A stretch of 64,000 bases of DNA from the NCBI GenBank assembly GCA_052327205.1, contig CM126204.1, forward strand, positions 34,658,001-34,722,000, in the 5' to 3' direction. This DNA comes from Somniosus microcephalus. Its lineage: Eukaryota. This document shows, piece by piece, positions 13,117 through 24,798 of this stretch. The translations under genes and the position numbers were made by a program. How positions within the stretch are numbered: position 1 is the stretch's first letter; every line of letters begins with the position of its first letter. Under the pieces are notes generated by a model that saw only the letters and a program-made list of their open reading frames with translations, was not told the DNA's origin and did no database searches.

Positions 13117-13345
13117 TGACGTAAGAAAACTACTAGGCACTTGGTCTAAGTATTAAACAAGGCTTTGATCAACTGTTTTACAACATGGAGATCTAGTTGT
13201 GTCCTTCACTAGTTCCTGTTAAAGAATGTCCTGAGCAAGCTGGGCCCAAGCCCGAGTGTTTATACTCTCCCTGGACAGCGCCACCAGCAGGCCGCCCAGT
13301 ATCATTTCATAAGTCATTTCCATATGAATGACAAGATTCATGTCA
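13117..13345 (-). mobile_element. Solo LTR, family A, copy 1 (intron between exons 4 and 5)
   Basis: TGAC...GTCA termini, perfect 5-bp TSD GGAGC, minus-strand TATAAA, 229 bp. Three more copies occur in the window. Confidence 0.92.
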
Positions 13346-13469
13346 GGAGCCACAGAAACACATTTTGAAACAGTCCTGTAGCTCCAGCCAGGGCTTTGGT
13401 GATTCTCAATACCTGGCATCATGTGACAGCGTCCATCAGTTTTGTACTTTAGTCTAAAGGTGAATTACG

Positions 13470-13860
13470 TGGGGACTGGGTGGTACAGTGGGTTAGACAT
13501 TGGCTCTGTTTCTGCCATCTGGGTTCAATCCAGCCATGAATGATGGGAAGAAAGAACCCCCCCCCACCCCCCACTCTCTCTTTTGCTGGCTGTAACAGTC
13601 CTATGTGAAATAGGTTTAGGCCGTCTGAATCCAGCTCCTAAAGCATATGGGACCTCTGCTCAGAACTGCTCCTAATCTCATACTAATTGGCGATCACAGC
13701 CAGAGGATGGGAAATGGAAAAATATCACGCCAGTCCAGTAGGGGGTGGTCGGCTGAGGTACATGGTTGGGGTAGTTGTGATCGCGACTGCTAATACTGTG
13801 TCGTATCTGACCCGGGAGCACTCACTGCTGACACTGGGCCCCCTGAAGTAGAGACATGCT
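13470..13860 (+). mobile_element. Old tRNA-derived SINE resembling LF-SINE
   Basis: GGGGACTGGGTGGTACAGTGG head, GGGTTCAATCCAGCC B box, CCTATGTGAAAT and ACTAATTGGC blocks in the order I recall for LF-SINE. A related copy lies at 50592. Confidence 0.55.
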
Positions 13861-13936
13861 CCATTTGACATTGTACTTCCCAGGAGGGATGAAACTCCTC
13901 CTCGCCACCACCACCAGTATCAGCGAGCAGGCTCAC

Positions 13937-14057
13937 CGTATCGGGAGAGTGCAGCAGCCGTCAGCAGTCAATCGGGTCGGAGTCTCGTAGCTGTCAGATG
14001 GGCAGACCACTTGCTGAATGGCGGGGCAGTCCACCGTGCTGCAGTCCACGTTGTAGA
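13937..14057 (-). CDS. CRIM1: CRIM1 internal coding exon (human exon 4 equivalent), 121 nt
   Basis: Not in the ORF track; read manually as (V)YNVDCSTVDCPAIQQVVCPSDSYETPTRLTADGCCTLPI(R), matching CRIM1 VDC..V.CP..QQ..CP.DSYET..RLTADGCCTLP.R. Acceptor CTTGTAG|TC, donor CG|GTGAGC. Phase fits both neighbouring exons. Confidence 0.96.
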
Positions 14058-14814
14058 CTACAAGAGGCAAAAGAAAGCGTCAACATCGATCATATTAACT
14101 GCACTTCTTGCTCAGTACCTACTGTTACACTTTGTGATTCGAGCTTGAAGAGTTAACCAGTTCAGATAGTGGGTGTGTTAAGCAGCTGCATGCTGTCAAT
14201 GCAAACTGTAACTTCTAGACATCATTTCCTTCTGCAATGCAGCTTTTCTGAAAATTTAGCACCATACCATGACTGCTTGGAAAGGTACCCCATTGGCACA
14301 AACCCAGTGAATTAGTTCCTTGAAATTTTTCTGTTGCTCTTCTTTCCTACCAACCGAGCTTTGAAAGGAAGCCTTATTGCTTTTACATTTAGTTAAATAA
14401 TTTAGTGAGAATTAAAGCCATGTTGGGAAGCCCTCTCATGATCAGCTAAAGTCGCCACTTTTGCTCCACATGTTATCTTCTTCAGCTAGTTGGATAGGAT
14501 GGAGAATTGTCTTTATGTGTCTTGAATACTGCTCCTGACAGGGCAACAGGAAGGCATGTATGTGCGTGCGTGTGAGTGCAGGGTGGAGGAGGGGAAGCTA
14601 ACTGTCAGTTTCTCCAACCTTAACAGACACAATGCTCTGAATGCAAAAAGAGCTGAAATCATGTGATGCGATATTAGTAACAAATGTGATCATGGTTTCA
14701 CTTAAAATTCTTCTGTCTGCTATGTTAAAGGCCTCAACCTATGGATTTATCATGAACATCCTAATGGTTTTATTACTAACGTTGCAAAATGTGATTTCAG
14801 CCCAAGTGTTCTAC

Positions 14815-16180
14815 AACAACTTGCGATTATATCGCGCCTTTAATGTAGAAAAACATCCTGAGGCGCTTTACCTGATTAGTAATCAGAATAAAAGTGACAC
14901 CGAGCAAAGGAGGAGATGTTAAAGAAAGAAAGACTTGCATTTACATAGCGCCTTTCATGACCACCTCAAAGTGCTTCACAGCCAATTAAGCACTTTTTGA
15001 AGTGAAGTCATTTTTGCAATGTGGGAAATGCGGTAGTCAATTTGCACACAGCAAGCTCCCACAAACAGCAATGTGATAATGACCAGATAATCTGTTTTTA
15101 GTGATGTTGATTGAGGGATAAATATTGGCTAGTACACCAGGCATAACTCCCCTGCTCTACTTTAAAATAGCACCATGTAATCTTTGATGTCCACCTGAGA
15201 GAGCAGATAGGGCCTCAGTTTAACGTCTCATCCCAAAGACAGCTCAGCACCGCACTGGAGTGTCAGCCCTAGATTTTATGTGCTCAAGTCCCATGGAGTG
15301 GGATTTGAACCCACAACCCTCAGAGGCGAGTGTGCTACCCACTGAGCCATGGCTGACACAGTTAGACAAAGGGGTGCATTTTAAAGAGGGTCGAAAGGAG
15401 GTCAGGGAGGTAAGGTTCAAGAAGAGAATGCCAGAGTGCAGGGCCTAGACAGCTGAAGGCACGGCTGCTAACGGTGGGGCGAAAGGAATGGAAAATGCAC
15501 AAGAGTTGGAGAACACAGAGTTCTGACGGTTATAGGGCTGGAGAAGGTTACAGAGATCGGGAGGAGCGAGTTCATTTAAGGCATTTAAACACGAGGATGA
15601 GAATTTTAAATTTGAGCTGTTGGGGGACTGGGAGCCAAAGGAGGTCAGCGAGCACAGGGGGTGATGCATGAGTAGGAATCGGTGTGGGGCAGGATACGGG
15701 CAGCAGAGTTTTGGATGAGCTGCACTTCATGGAGGGCAGAGAATGGGAGGCTGGCCAGGAGAGCATTGAAATAGTCGAGTCTGGAGGTGAACGAGGCATG
15801 GCTGAGGGTTTCAGCAGCAGATGGGCTGAGGCAAGGGGTGGAGACGTTACCAAAGTAGGCAGTCCTTGTGATGGAGAGCACATGTAGTTGGGAGCTCAGC
15901 TTTGGATCAAAAAGGACGCAGAGGCTGCAAACAGTCTGGTTCAGCCTGAGACAGTGGCTAGGGAGGAGGATGGAATCAGTGGCTAGGGAATGGCTTGGTC
16001 TAACTAATGTTTAACAAGGAAATTGGGGTTCATCCAGGACTAGATGTCGGACCATCAGTCTGACAACACAGAAGCAGTGGAGCTGATGGAGAGGTAGAGC
16101 TGGGCGTCATCAGCGTAAGTGTGACCCTATGTTTTTGGATGATGTCTCCAAGGGGCAGCATGTAGCTGAGGAAGGGGAGT
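14815..16180 (-). mobile_element. L2 LINE 3' portion interrupted by a SacSINE1-type SINE
   Basis: SRLDYFNALLASLP...QLIQNSAARIL and PVLADLLWLPVPQQLKFKILILVFKCL are L2 ORF2 C-terminal motifs; (GTT)n tail at about 14815. Confidence 0.85.
14922..15360 (-). mobile_element. SacSINE1-type Deu-SINE
   Basis: tRNA head GGCTCAGTGGGTAGCAC/GGGTTCAAATCCC, Deu core ATATTTATCCCTCAATCAACATCACTAAAAACAGATTATCTGGTC, L2-like tail AAATGCAAGTCTTTCTTT. Confidence 0.88.
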
Positions 16181-18211
16181 GAGGCCAAGCATTGGAACTA
16201 AGCAGTCCTCTTTACACTCTCGTGGTTGTCAGTTCAAAAGATATAAGGATTGCCTAAAGACCGATCTAAAAAATATGTGGCATCACAACTGACACTTAGG
16301 AGCTTATGGCAGGAAAAAGTGGCAAATGAGGATTCACAATGGCAGGGTAAAGCTTGAAGCAAGTCGTATCCAGCTCGCTGAAGAAAAGTAAGCCGAAAGG
16401 AAATCAAGGGAAGATCAGCCCTTGGGTCAGTCAGACATCCAATGTCCTGTGTGTGGGACAACATTCCTTGCGGAAATTGGACTTTACAGTCATATGACAA
16501 CCCACAACCTGTGTTAAATTGGAGATGAATCATAGGCTGTCATCATCGACAATGATGGACAAATCATCATCAATGATATGGCAGAGAGTGACCAGATCAC
16601 TGGGTGATATTATGGGATGGCAGAGAGTGACCAGATCACTGGGTGATGTAATGCTTTGGGGGCGAGTGATTAGTTTGTTAGTAAGAGCCTGGATTTTGTC
16701 AACAAATCACAAAAACTAAATTAGTAAACTTCTGCTTTCTGTTCCCTCAGCAGAGACCAGCTGCTCCCGTTTGCACAGCGTTGATGGAATAGGAAAACCT
16801 GTCGCTCAGCAGGTGACTTACTTTGTGTTACACCAGATGTGGGGAAATTCCAGAACTGGCTGGCATTTGGTGGTTCGTTAACAAAAAAAAAGCACCTGCA
16901 TGTACTGGGATCGAGCTTCTCTGTTTCCCCATACCACTGTTGACAGCTTAAACTAGTTGACGAAAGAAGCTCTCCGACTGACTTTCACACAAGTCTGGTT
17001 GTTATCTCACTGGACAGGAGGCTGGATTCAATCAGAACTTAAAAGGGGAGCTGGGCTTGTTTGGGCCAATTGATCCTAAAAATACTTATGTTCTCATGGC
17101 AAATTAGTGCTATTTTTAATCAGGACCCAATCGTGGTGACAAAATGCAAGCAAAGAATGGCTGAGGGCGACGGATGGGGTATGAGGCAGGCGAGAGAGAT
17201 AGAGGGGCAGGGAGAGAAAATGTTGAAAGAAAACAAGTTTGAAACTGAGAGAATGCAAGTTTGATTCCCTTATGTCTCCTGGGATCCCAGCGTCAGCCAT
17301 GGCGCTGCAGGCAGGGGCTGAGTCGAGTCCCAGCTTTGCCCTGCAAGGGAAGGAATGTTTGAGGGACTGTCTCAACCAGGCTGTGTCATAGCCAAGAGCT
17401 GCATAAATGGTGGCCTGAGATTGGCATGTGCTTGTAATATCTGGGCTCCAGGAAAGAGAAAAAAAAATCAGCATTAAATGACTCCTGCTCTCTCTTTTTT
17501 TATACTTCTGACACTTTATAATGGTACAGATGTGTACTAAAGGCAAGATTTTTATAGATACTAGCCAACTGCACACACGGGTAATTGCAACTTTTAACAA
17601 TGGTGTAAACGGGCCGATATCGAATCGGCTGCCTGTTATATACCATCTCTATTTGCATTTCTACTGAGGTCAATCTGATATAGCCCCGCTTACACCATCG
17701 CCAGAAGTTACAATTACCCCCAAGGAGTGAAGACCAAATATAATCTCCAGGTGAAAGGGAGTTAGAGAGTAGGGGGATAATTGCACTAGAGTGTGCAGAT
17801 GCGACTGAGTCCCCATTTTAAAGTCACACATTCTATTCTTATCTTCATATAAGGCTTTGATATAAGTTACGGCAAGTTGGGAAGCCGAGAAATAGAATTG
17901 GTTCCAGCAAAGTTGAGTTGCTGCACTGCCACCACTGGCGAGAGGGTACATTTACTGGTTAACAAGTTTACATAGGCAGTCTTCATTATAAATGTGGACA
18001 GGTATGAATTTATTTTGGACAAATTGGCATAGGAAGTGTGTGCATCTGTAAGATTTTTAATACATTATATAGTTAAATATCATTAGCATCCAGAGAAATA
18101 CTGTTTCCTCCCCACTAAACAAAATAAAAAAAGTATTAATAGTGTAACACAGCCGACATTTTATCTGTACCCTAACCTCTTGAACTGAAACAATGTAATT
18201 TTTTCCCACAC

Positions 18212-18454
18212 CTTTCTTGCATTCGTACAGGTCGCAGCATTCCCCCGGCTTTCCCGATGCCTTGGCAACTAGAATGCTCTGGTATCCGGGCTGACAGACT
18301 TTCCTCAAACAACCAGCTGGATTGCACACGCAGCGGCTTGGGAGAGGGCAACACTCTCCGGGAGGGGCGTAGCCTTCAATCAGGATGGAGTCTTCCGGGC
18401 AGCGAGGGGAGAACTGGACCTCACACCGAGCTTTGGAGCAGTCTGGCTTCTCTT
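18212..18454 (-). CDS. CRIM1: CRIM1 internal coding exon (equivalent to human exon 3), 243 nt, phase 1/1
   Basis: Translates (E)EKPDCSKARCEVQFSPRCPEDSILIEGYAPPGECCPLPSRCVCNPAGCLRKVCQPGYQSILVAKASGKPGECCDLYECKK, nearly identical to the vertebrate CRIM1 sequence as I recall it. Acceptor TTTTTCAG|AA after a pyrimidine tract; donor AAAG|GTGTGG. Confidence 0.97.
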
Positions 18455-18832
18455 CTGAAAAAACAAAAAGAGAGGGTATATTAGAGAAACTCATACATGA
18501 CCCGGCCCTCAACTTCTGCACAACACTTGCCCCATTTACAGCACGTCGCTTGCTGGGGTGGTTTTGCCACCAGCTTTCCCTCCCCTCCCGCACCCCCACC
18601 CGCCCTCTCCTCTCCTGACTCTTACTGGATTCCCAGTTCCACAGCGAGCTGCCACCCTCTGGTATCTCACCCAGGTGTGGAATCTTCACGTACAAGTCCA
18701 GTCAATCAATGCCAGCTGGTGATTCATTCGTGGGTGAATGGGGAAGGCATCACGACCGATCACCATCCACTCCTCACCTGACCGCCACTTACGTCCACTG
18801 TCCATATTCCATCTTTCTATATAAACGCAGGT

Positions 18833-19177
18833 CCTTCCTTACTCCCTCCTTCGTTCTTCTCTTCCTCCTTCCTCCCTCCCTTCTCCCTCCTTCTTCTCTC
18901 CCTCTCTCCTTCTTCCCTCCCTCTCTCCTTCTTCCCTTCTTTCTCCTTCCCTCCTTCTTCCCTCCCTCTCTCCTTCTTCCCTCCCTTTCTCCTTCATCCC
19001 TCCCTCCTTCTTTCTCCCTCCCTCATTCCTTCCTCCAACCCTCTTTCCTCATTCCTCCCTCCCTCCCATCTCCCTCCTCCCTTCTCCCTCCTTCTTCCCT
19101 CCCTCCTTCCTCCCTCCCTCCTTCATTCCTCCCCCTTTCTCCTTCCTCATTCCCTCTCTCTCTTCTTCCTTCCTCCA
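18833..19177. repeat. About 345-bp polypyrimidine/polypurine low-complexity tract
   Basis: Almost exclusively C/T on the + strand (CCTCCCT and CTT motifs). Confidence 0.95.
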
Positions 19178-19584
19178 TAAGAATCATGTTGGATAGCGAT
19201 CAGAAGCAGGAATCCTGTATGATTATTTGCTTCCTGAGCAGAAGGACATTGGGATCAATCTGTAGCACCTGTAATACTGCCTTGGCTGAGTTCTGCTAAC
19301 TCACAGCTGAAGAGGGATAAAGCCTGGAAGTATTCCTCTTCTGTACGATTCACTGCCACATCGACTGGTGCATTTACCGACTGGAACATCACAGATCTCT
19401 TGATTATTTTTTAAGTCTTTTTTCTTTTAAAAAATTCTGGCATCAGGCTACTTGGAAGGTCGACTGAGCACAATTGCATGTGAGAGAGTTAAAGGGAGTG
19501 AGGGGAGGGGGGGAGGCAGGGAGAGAGACTGACCACACAGAGTTGTAATGAAGCAATACTGTGTTAATCTTGGGCTTCTGCAAT

Positions 19585-19962
19585 GGCTTTGTAGTTAAAT
19601 ACACTGTGCAGTGGGGTAAAAATCCAGGCCAGAAGGTCCCCGGTTTGATCCTTGGTTTGTGGTCCATCAGCTCAATTTGGGCTGAGGGAGGGGAAATATC
19701 ACCAGTGAGGTGGGAGGGGCGGTGACTCCCGCTCCTGGTCGCTGTCTGATGACCTCTGATGAAAACATGCCTGTGTGGACATTGGGTGAAGACAGGAGTG
19801 GGTTTGGCTGTGATGCCTCCTCTCATAGTCGAATAGCCTGCCAGCATTCACACGTGATAAACTGCGAAGTTCATGAGGCCCCAGAGGGCTGAAAGTACCG
19901 GTGAGGCTGTACTCCAGGAAAAGTCAACATTCTCGAGAGGAGAAAAGGGGGAGGGAAAAGGA
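19585..19962 (+). mobile_element. Ancient tRNA-derived SINE (family B; possibly AmnSINE2-related), most complete copy
   Basis: AAGGTCCCCGGTTTGATCC B-box-like motif and core GTGTGGACATTGGGTGAAGACAGGA..GGCTGTGATGCC..GTCGAATAGCCTGCC. Diverged fragments recur near 9070, 19200(-), 21450/21925, 23200-23550(-), 31700(-), 35460(-), 39540(-), 40450(-) and 44130(-). Confidence 0.6.
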
Positions 19963-20244
19963 TATAAGTAACAGCTGCCTCGCCACAAATGTGGGTTTTA
20001 GTAACTCAACAGTCACTTCCTCCGATGATTAGTAACCGCGGCATAAACAAAACACTTTTCAAGCAAGTTAAGACTTAGCCTTAATTCTGAATAACTCATT
20101 ACTTTACCGATCCCGACACGTACTGACCAAGCCTGAGCACTGTTTAGGTTTCACTGAGCCTCCTGTGTGAACAGAGTCCTTCAGGCTTCAACAGATCGAT
20201 AAACCACAGTGAATTACATTTATCGGGTGCCCTCAACACAGATT

Positions 20245-20706
20245 CAGGGTGGGTGGCATTTTTGCGGCAGCGGTGGCGCAAATTAAAGGGCAGGTGCCGG
20301 GCGGCCATTTCCTTTGGGCCGCCTGCCAGCACCTGCCCCCTTTCATGTCCTTATGCGGGGTGCCAGCCGCGATCGGTCAGCCTGGCACTCCTCTTAAGAG
20401 TGCCGGGCTGTTTTCCCGGCACCCCGCTCCCCGGTGGTCCAGCAGGGCCCCGGTGCGCGCTGCGCTGGACCCCTCCCCTTTAACCAGGGGAGGGAGGCCT
20501 TTAATACCGCGGCGCTATGTGCCGTCGCGCGTGGCGCTGTTGCACGTAGCGCCGCAATATTGAATGATAGCGCTCCAGGAAGGAGGGGGAGTGCTTCCAG
20601 TAGCACCCCGCGTCCTGCTTGGGTGGCCAGCACTCAATTTACGGCGCAGGGACAGTAACTTTATCGGGGCGCACCCCAAAGGGGGCGCGACCGAATTTGT
20701 CCCCCT
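20245..20706. mobile_element. GC/CpG-rich non-autonomous DNA-transposon-like fragment
   Basis: Abrupt CpG-rich block ending CGAATTTGTCCCCC, resembling the GGG-terminal MITE ends seen elsewhere in the window. Left end unclear. Confidence 0.45.
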
Positions 20707-21581
20707 AGGTGCTTTACTGAGGAAACGAAAAATGTAAAGATAGGGGCTTCTGAGCCATGTTGGGAGAGTGAGGAAGGATGACCAAATGTATTTATATTTT
20801 TAAGAGGTCTTTTAAAACTGTAGGGGGAAGAGAGGCGGGGAGGGGGAGGGGGGATGCACAGCAGGTAGGAGTCGAAGGATCGAAGGGTGTGGAAGGCGAT
20901 GAAAGTGAAGTAGATCGAAAGCTTGGCGTTTGGTGACCAAAATGCAGGCAGAACTCCTGGAATTCAAAAAGGGGGGGGGATAAAATAAAATGAGAAAACA
21001 TCAACCAGCGTCCAGAGCCATGCTGAGAGCTTCGGTACAGCACCAAGGGGCAGAGCATGACCGAGCTTGATGCTTGTACTCAGTGGCGTCAGTACGTAAT
21101 ACAGTAAATGTAAAAAAATTAAATGCATTTGCTATTCCCCTCTTTAAAAAAAAACGGAATTAATTCCAGACATAGCAGCAGCCCAACAATGGTGTCAAAG
21201 CCACCAAGTTGAATTTGAGCGGGCTGCCTCTGTCCCTTCCTGCTCCCCGCTGACTGGCCTTCAGAGAATGCGTGGCACACCGACAAGATAGGCTCACCTT
21301 AAACAGGATTGAAGGGGGAGCGAGACGGGCTGGATTAATGGGATTTGCTTATTAATTATAATCTTTGAAAAAGAAAACCAGCACTGTCACAGGCATCTCC
21401 AATCGCTCAGCGCATAAATGCACCGCATAACGCGAAGCTGAACAGACTAGGAACCTGCCGGGTTTGATCGCTGGTGTGTGCTGAGCTACCCGATCCTAGG
21501 CGGGGCAGTGGCAAGGTTGTCACAATTCTTCTCAGCGATCCTGGGCAAGGGAAAGGGAAAAATTATGTTGCAAAGTGGACG

Positions 21582-21921
21582 TCACAGAAATCACAGAAAC
21601 CCCACAGTGCAGATAGAGGCCATTTCGGCCCATCGAGCCTGCACCGACACATATCCCACCCAATCCCCGTAACCCCTACACCAACACATATCTCACCCTA
21701 TCCCTGTAACCCCACGTATTTAATCCCCCTAACACTAAGGGTCAATTTATCATAGCCAATCAACCTAACCCGCACATCTTTGGACTGTGGGAGGAAACCG
21801 GAGCACCCGGAGGAAACCCACGCAAACACGGGGAGAATGTGCAAACTCCACACAGACAGTCACCCGAGGCCGGATTAGAACCCGGGTCTCTGGCGCTGTG
21901 AGGCAACAGTGCTAACCACTA
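21582..21921 (-). mobile_element. HE1-type V-SINE, slightly 5'-truncated, inserted in a family-B SINE
   Basis: Highly similar to 8386-8706 (V-domain and tail). Confidence 0.9.
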
Positions 21922-22174
21922 TGTCGGACCAGGACAGGATCGGGCCTGGTTGGGATCCCCCCAACCCCCTTCCCCCACTCCCCCATGGTTGAAGGATGAG
22001 TCAACACATGCTGTCGAGGCTCAGGCAAGAAGAATGGCCCCTTGTACTGAAGTGTTGGTGGAATCCATAGAGCTGTAACCCAACGTGAGTCAGCACCTTC
22101 AGGAGAGATGGGGAGAAAGTGGTGGTGAAAGGGAAACATTACCACTAGAAGGAGCAAAGAGACACTAAAATTAT

Positions 22175-22455
22175 ATTTACAGATTTACGATAATTGGCAT
22201 AAGAACCAGAGGGGATATGAGGAGAAATGTTGTCACGCAGTGAGTTGTAATGATCTGGAATGCGCTGCCTGAAAGGGTGGTGGAAGCAGATTCAATAATA
22301 ACTTTCAAAAGGGAATTGGATAAATACTTGAACAGGCAAAATTTGCAGGGCTGTGGGGGGAAAGAGCAGGGAGTGGGACTAATTGGACAGTTCTTGCAAA
22401 GAGCCGGCACAGGCAATGATGTACCGAACGGCCTCCTTCTGTGCTGTACGATTCC
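22175..22455 (+). mobile_element. CR1 LINE 3' end
   Basis: MIWNALPERVVEADSIITFKRELDKYL frame and CR1 terminus. Confidence 0.82.
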
Positions 22456-24570
22456 AAGAAAAGCAGTGATAATAAAATTGGGGCAAGCAGCTGGCTGAAT
22501 AGCGCAGTGGTGGGAAAGAAAATAGGAACCTGCTGCAGAAAGCTAAGGCATGTCAGCCTAGCTTTGCTAAAAATGGGCCCGTAAGCAGGGTCAGCGATCA
22601 CCGCAGTTACTGTTCAGGAAATTTCATCACAGCCCCGTCTACAGAATCCGAGGCCAATATTATTATCATTTACGCAGCGCTTACTACCTACAATATCGGA
22701 AATCTCATTGTGACCCTTTATGTTAATCACGGTGTTCTCTACGTACAGAAATCCAAGAGGCCAGTCTTCGACTCAAAAACTCAATTTGGCTCCGCTAAGC
22801 TCCTCGGGGCCCTCGACACAGACACAAATTGGTCAGCACTGTCTGTAATGATGTCCTTAACCTTATTACTGTCACTGGAAACCATTGCTGAGATGTTTCT
22901 GCTGCTTCTTCTCTGTTCACCAAACAATGTAGCCCAGTGGGACATGTCCCTGATAATGGCCGCAAAACCAATCTTACCAACAGACACCTCCTACATTGAG
23001 GTAGATTGGATTCTGACACACATTTCGTAAATGCTCCTTTTGTAGATGAAGCACCAGGCTCTGGTGATTAAGTTGCCGCAATGATAAATCCTCCAAAGGA
23101 TATGAATGGAATTTGACTTTCTAATTTCTGTTTTACTTCATTCTCATTTCCCTTATGCTTTTTTTTGGCAGCTGAATGGCGCCTCTCCTGCCACCTTTGA
23201 AGAAAATTAAACTTTATTTCAAATTCGCCTTCTTGCTATTATCCTGTCCTCCACTCCCGCAGACACCGACTCTCTGGGGTACGATTTCACAGGGGCCGGT
23301 TGTCCTTCACGCGAGTGCCTGGCAGGCTATTTAGCTGCTGCAGCCGAATCTGATCCAGAACCGGACATCCACGTGTACATGCACTTTCCGGCAAGCTATC
23401 AGCAGCGGGAATCTTGACCGGTTTCCCTTATTCCAGGGGCACCGAGGCCCACTGTAGTATCCCAACCATGGTCCAACTGGGATCAGCTAATTCAGCACAG
23501 GCAGGGACTCAATCCTGGGACCTTCCTGATCACTGGGGCTCAGGACCACTCTACATAGGGCATCAACCTACAATTCCATTGGGCGACTCTCCTCAGGAAC
23601 ACCTTGACCGCCTGCTACAGACTTCACGAACTTTACCCTTTCCGCCGTTCATTTTTAGTGCGTCGATGCCATGTGTCATTCCTGGAGTCATGGGGCTAAT
23701 TTTTCTGAATAGATGGAGAAGTCCTGCCCTCTGGGAAGTGCCTACTGGCACTTTGGATGTGCACTATTTAAATGGCTAGAAAAATCACGCGTTGCGCCAC
23801 CTGAGCTTCTGACGCATGCTCCCGGCGGCCGAGGCTCCCCACCAGGAGCGGGGAGTCAGATAATTTACATGTGTGGGGTGGCTGGACTGCCCCCAGGCCT
23901 TTGTCAACGGCAGTTCTTCAACCAGCCACCAGGAGATGCACATGTGGGCACAGCCCTTCCTCTCGTGGGAGAAGTGCCGTTCCTCCGTCATCTCAAGCGG
24001 CACAACCAAGGATGGGAAACTGCCACAGGACAAGTGAAACTGGGGCGGTTCCAACCCGTAGCTTTTCCACCGTTACATTCTCCCCCTACCCACCCCAGGC
24101 TGTTTTTAATACAGTTAACTGCAGCCAATTGAAATTTATCTTTTCCGTTTTGTGGGAGAGAAAGGCTAACTGCAGCCCTCTTCTTCCAGCAACGCTGAGG
24201 AGAGCGGTGATTGGTTCACTGCACCCCACGGATTCAGTGAGCTCTTCATTTCAATTAGTTTTAATAGGACCACTGACAAAGATCTCATTTTCCATTTCAT
24301 TTTTCTCATTTTCGTATTGATCAAAGCACTGGCATTTGAAACGATCAAGTGTTCTGTGTGTAAATTTAGGGCAATTAACCTTTGGTATATTGTCAATCAC
24401 TTTCTACTTTAAAAACCAGGCAATCGGAAAATGAACCCAGCAAGCAGAGCGCAATAATTGGTTTCAGTAGAAGGTTTCTGTCTTAAAAGAAAAGGAATTG
24501 ATTAGTCTGTTTTCAGGGTTTTTAAATTATAACCCAGAGCTTGGAGTTACCTCAACATATTAAATAAGGG

Positions 24571-24798
24571 TGGCATAAATCGTGCCATTCATGTAGAAAG
24601 GACTTATGAAATATACTGGGCGGCCTGCTGGTGGCGCTGTCCAGGGAGAGTATAAATACTCATGCATGGGCCCAGCTTGCTCAGGGACATTTTGTAAACA
24701 GGAACTAGTGAAGGATAACTAGACTTCCATGTTGTGAAACAGTCGATTAAAGCCTTGTTTAATACTCTGACCAAGTGCCTAGTAGTTTTCTTACATCA
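24571..24798 (+). mobile_element. Solo LTR, family A, copy 2 (more diverged)
   Basis: TG...CA termini, TSD AAGGG, TATAAATA at 24651, ATTAAA near 24747. It is the reverse complement of 13117-13345. Confidence 0.9.

Noticed and set aside
16578-16648. Short direct repeat of about 30 bp
   Set aside because: It is a two-copy local tandem duplication with no further structure.
18057-18695. 212-aa ORF as a stand-alone gene
   Set aside because: Only the central 81 codons bounded by AG/GT match CRIM1; the flanks are intronic read-through.
18709-19299. Pro/Ser/Leu-rich 196-aa ORF
   Set aside because: It is a translation of the polypyrimidine tract.
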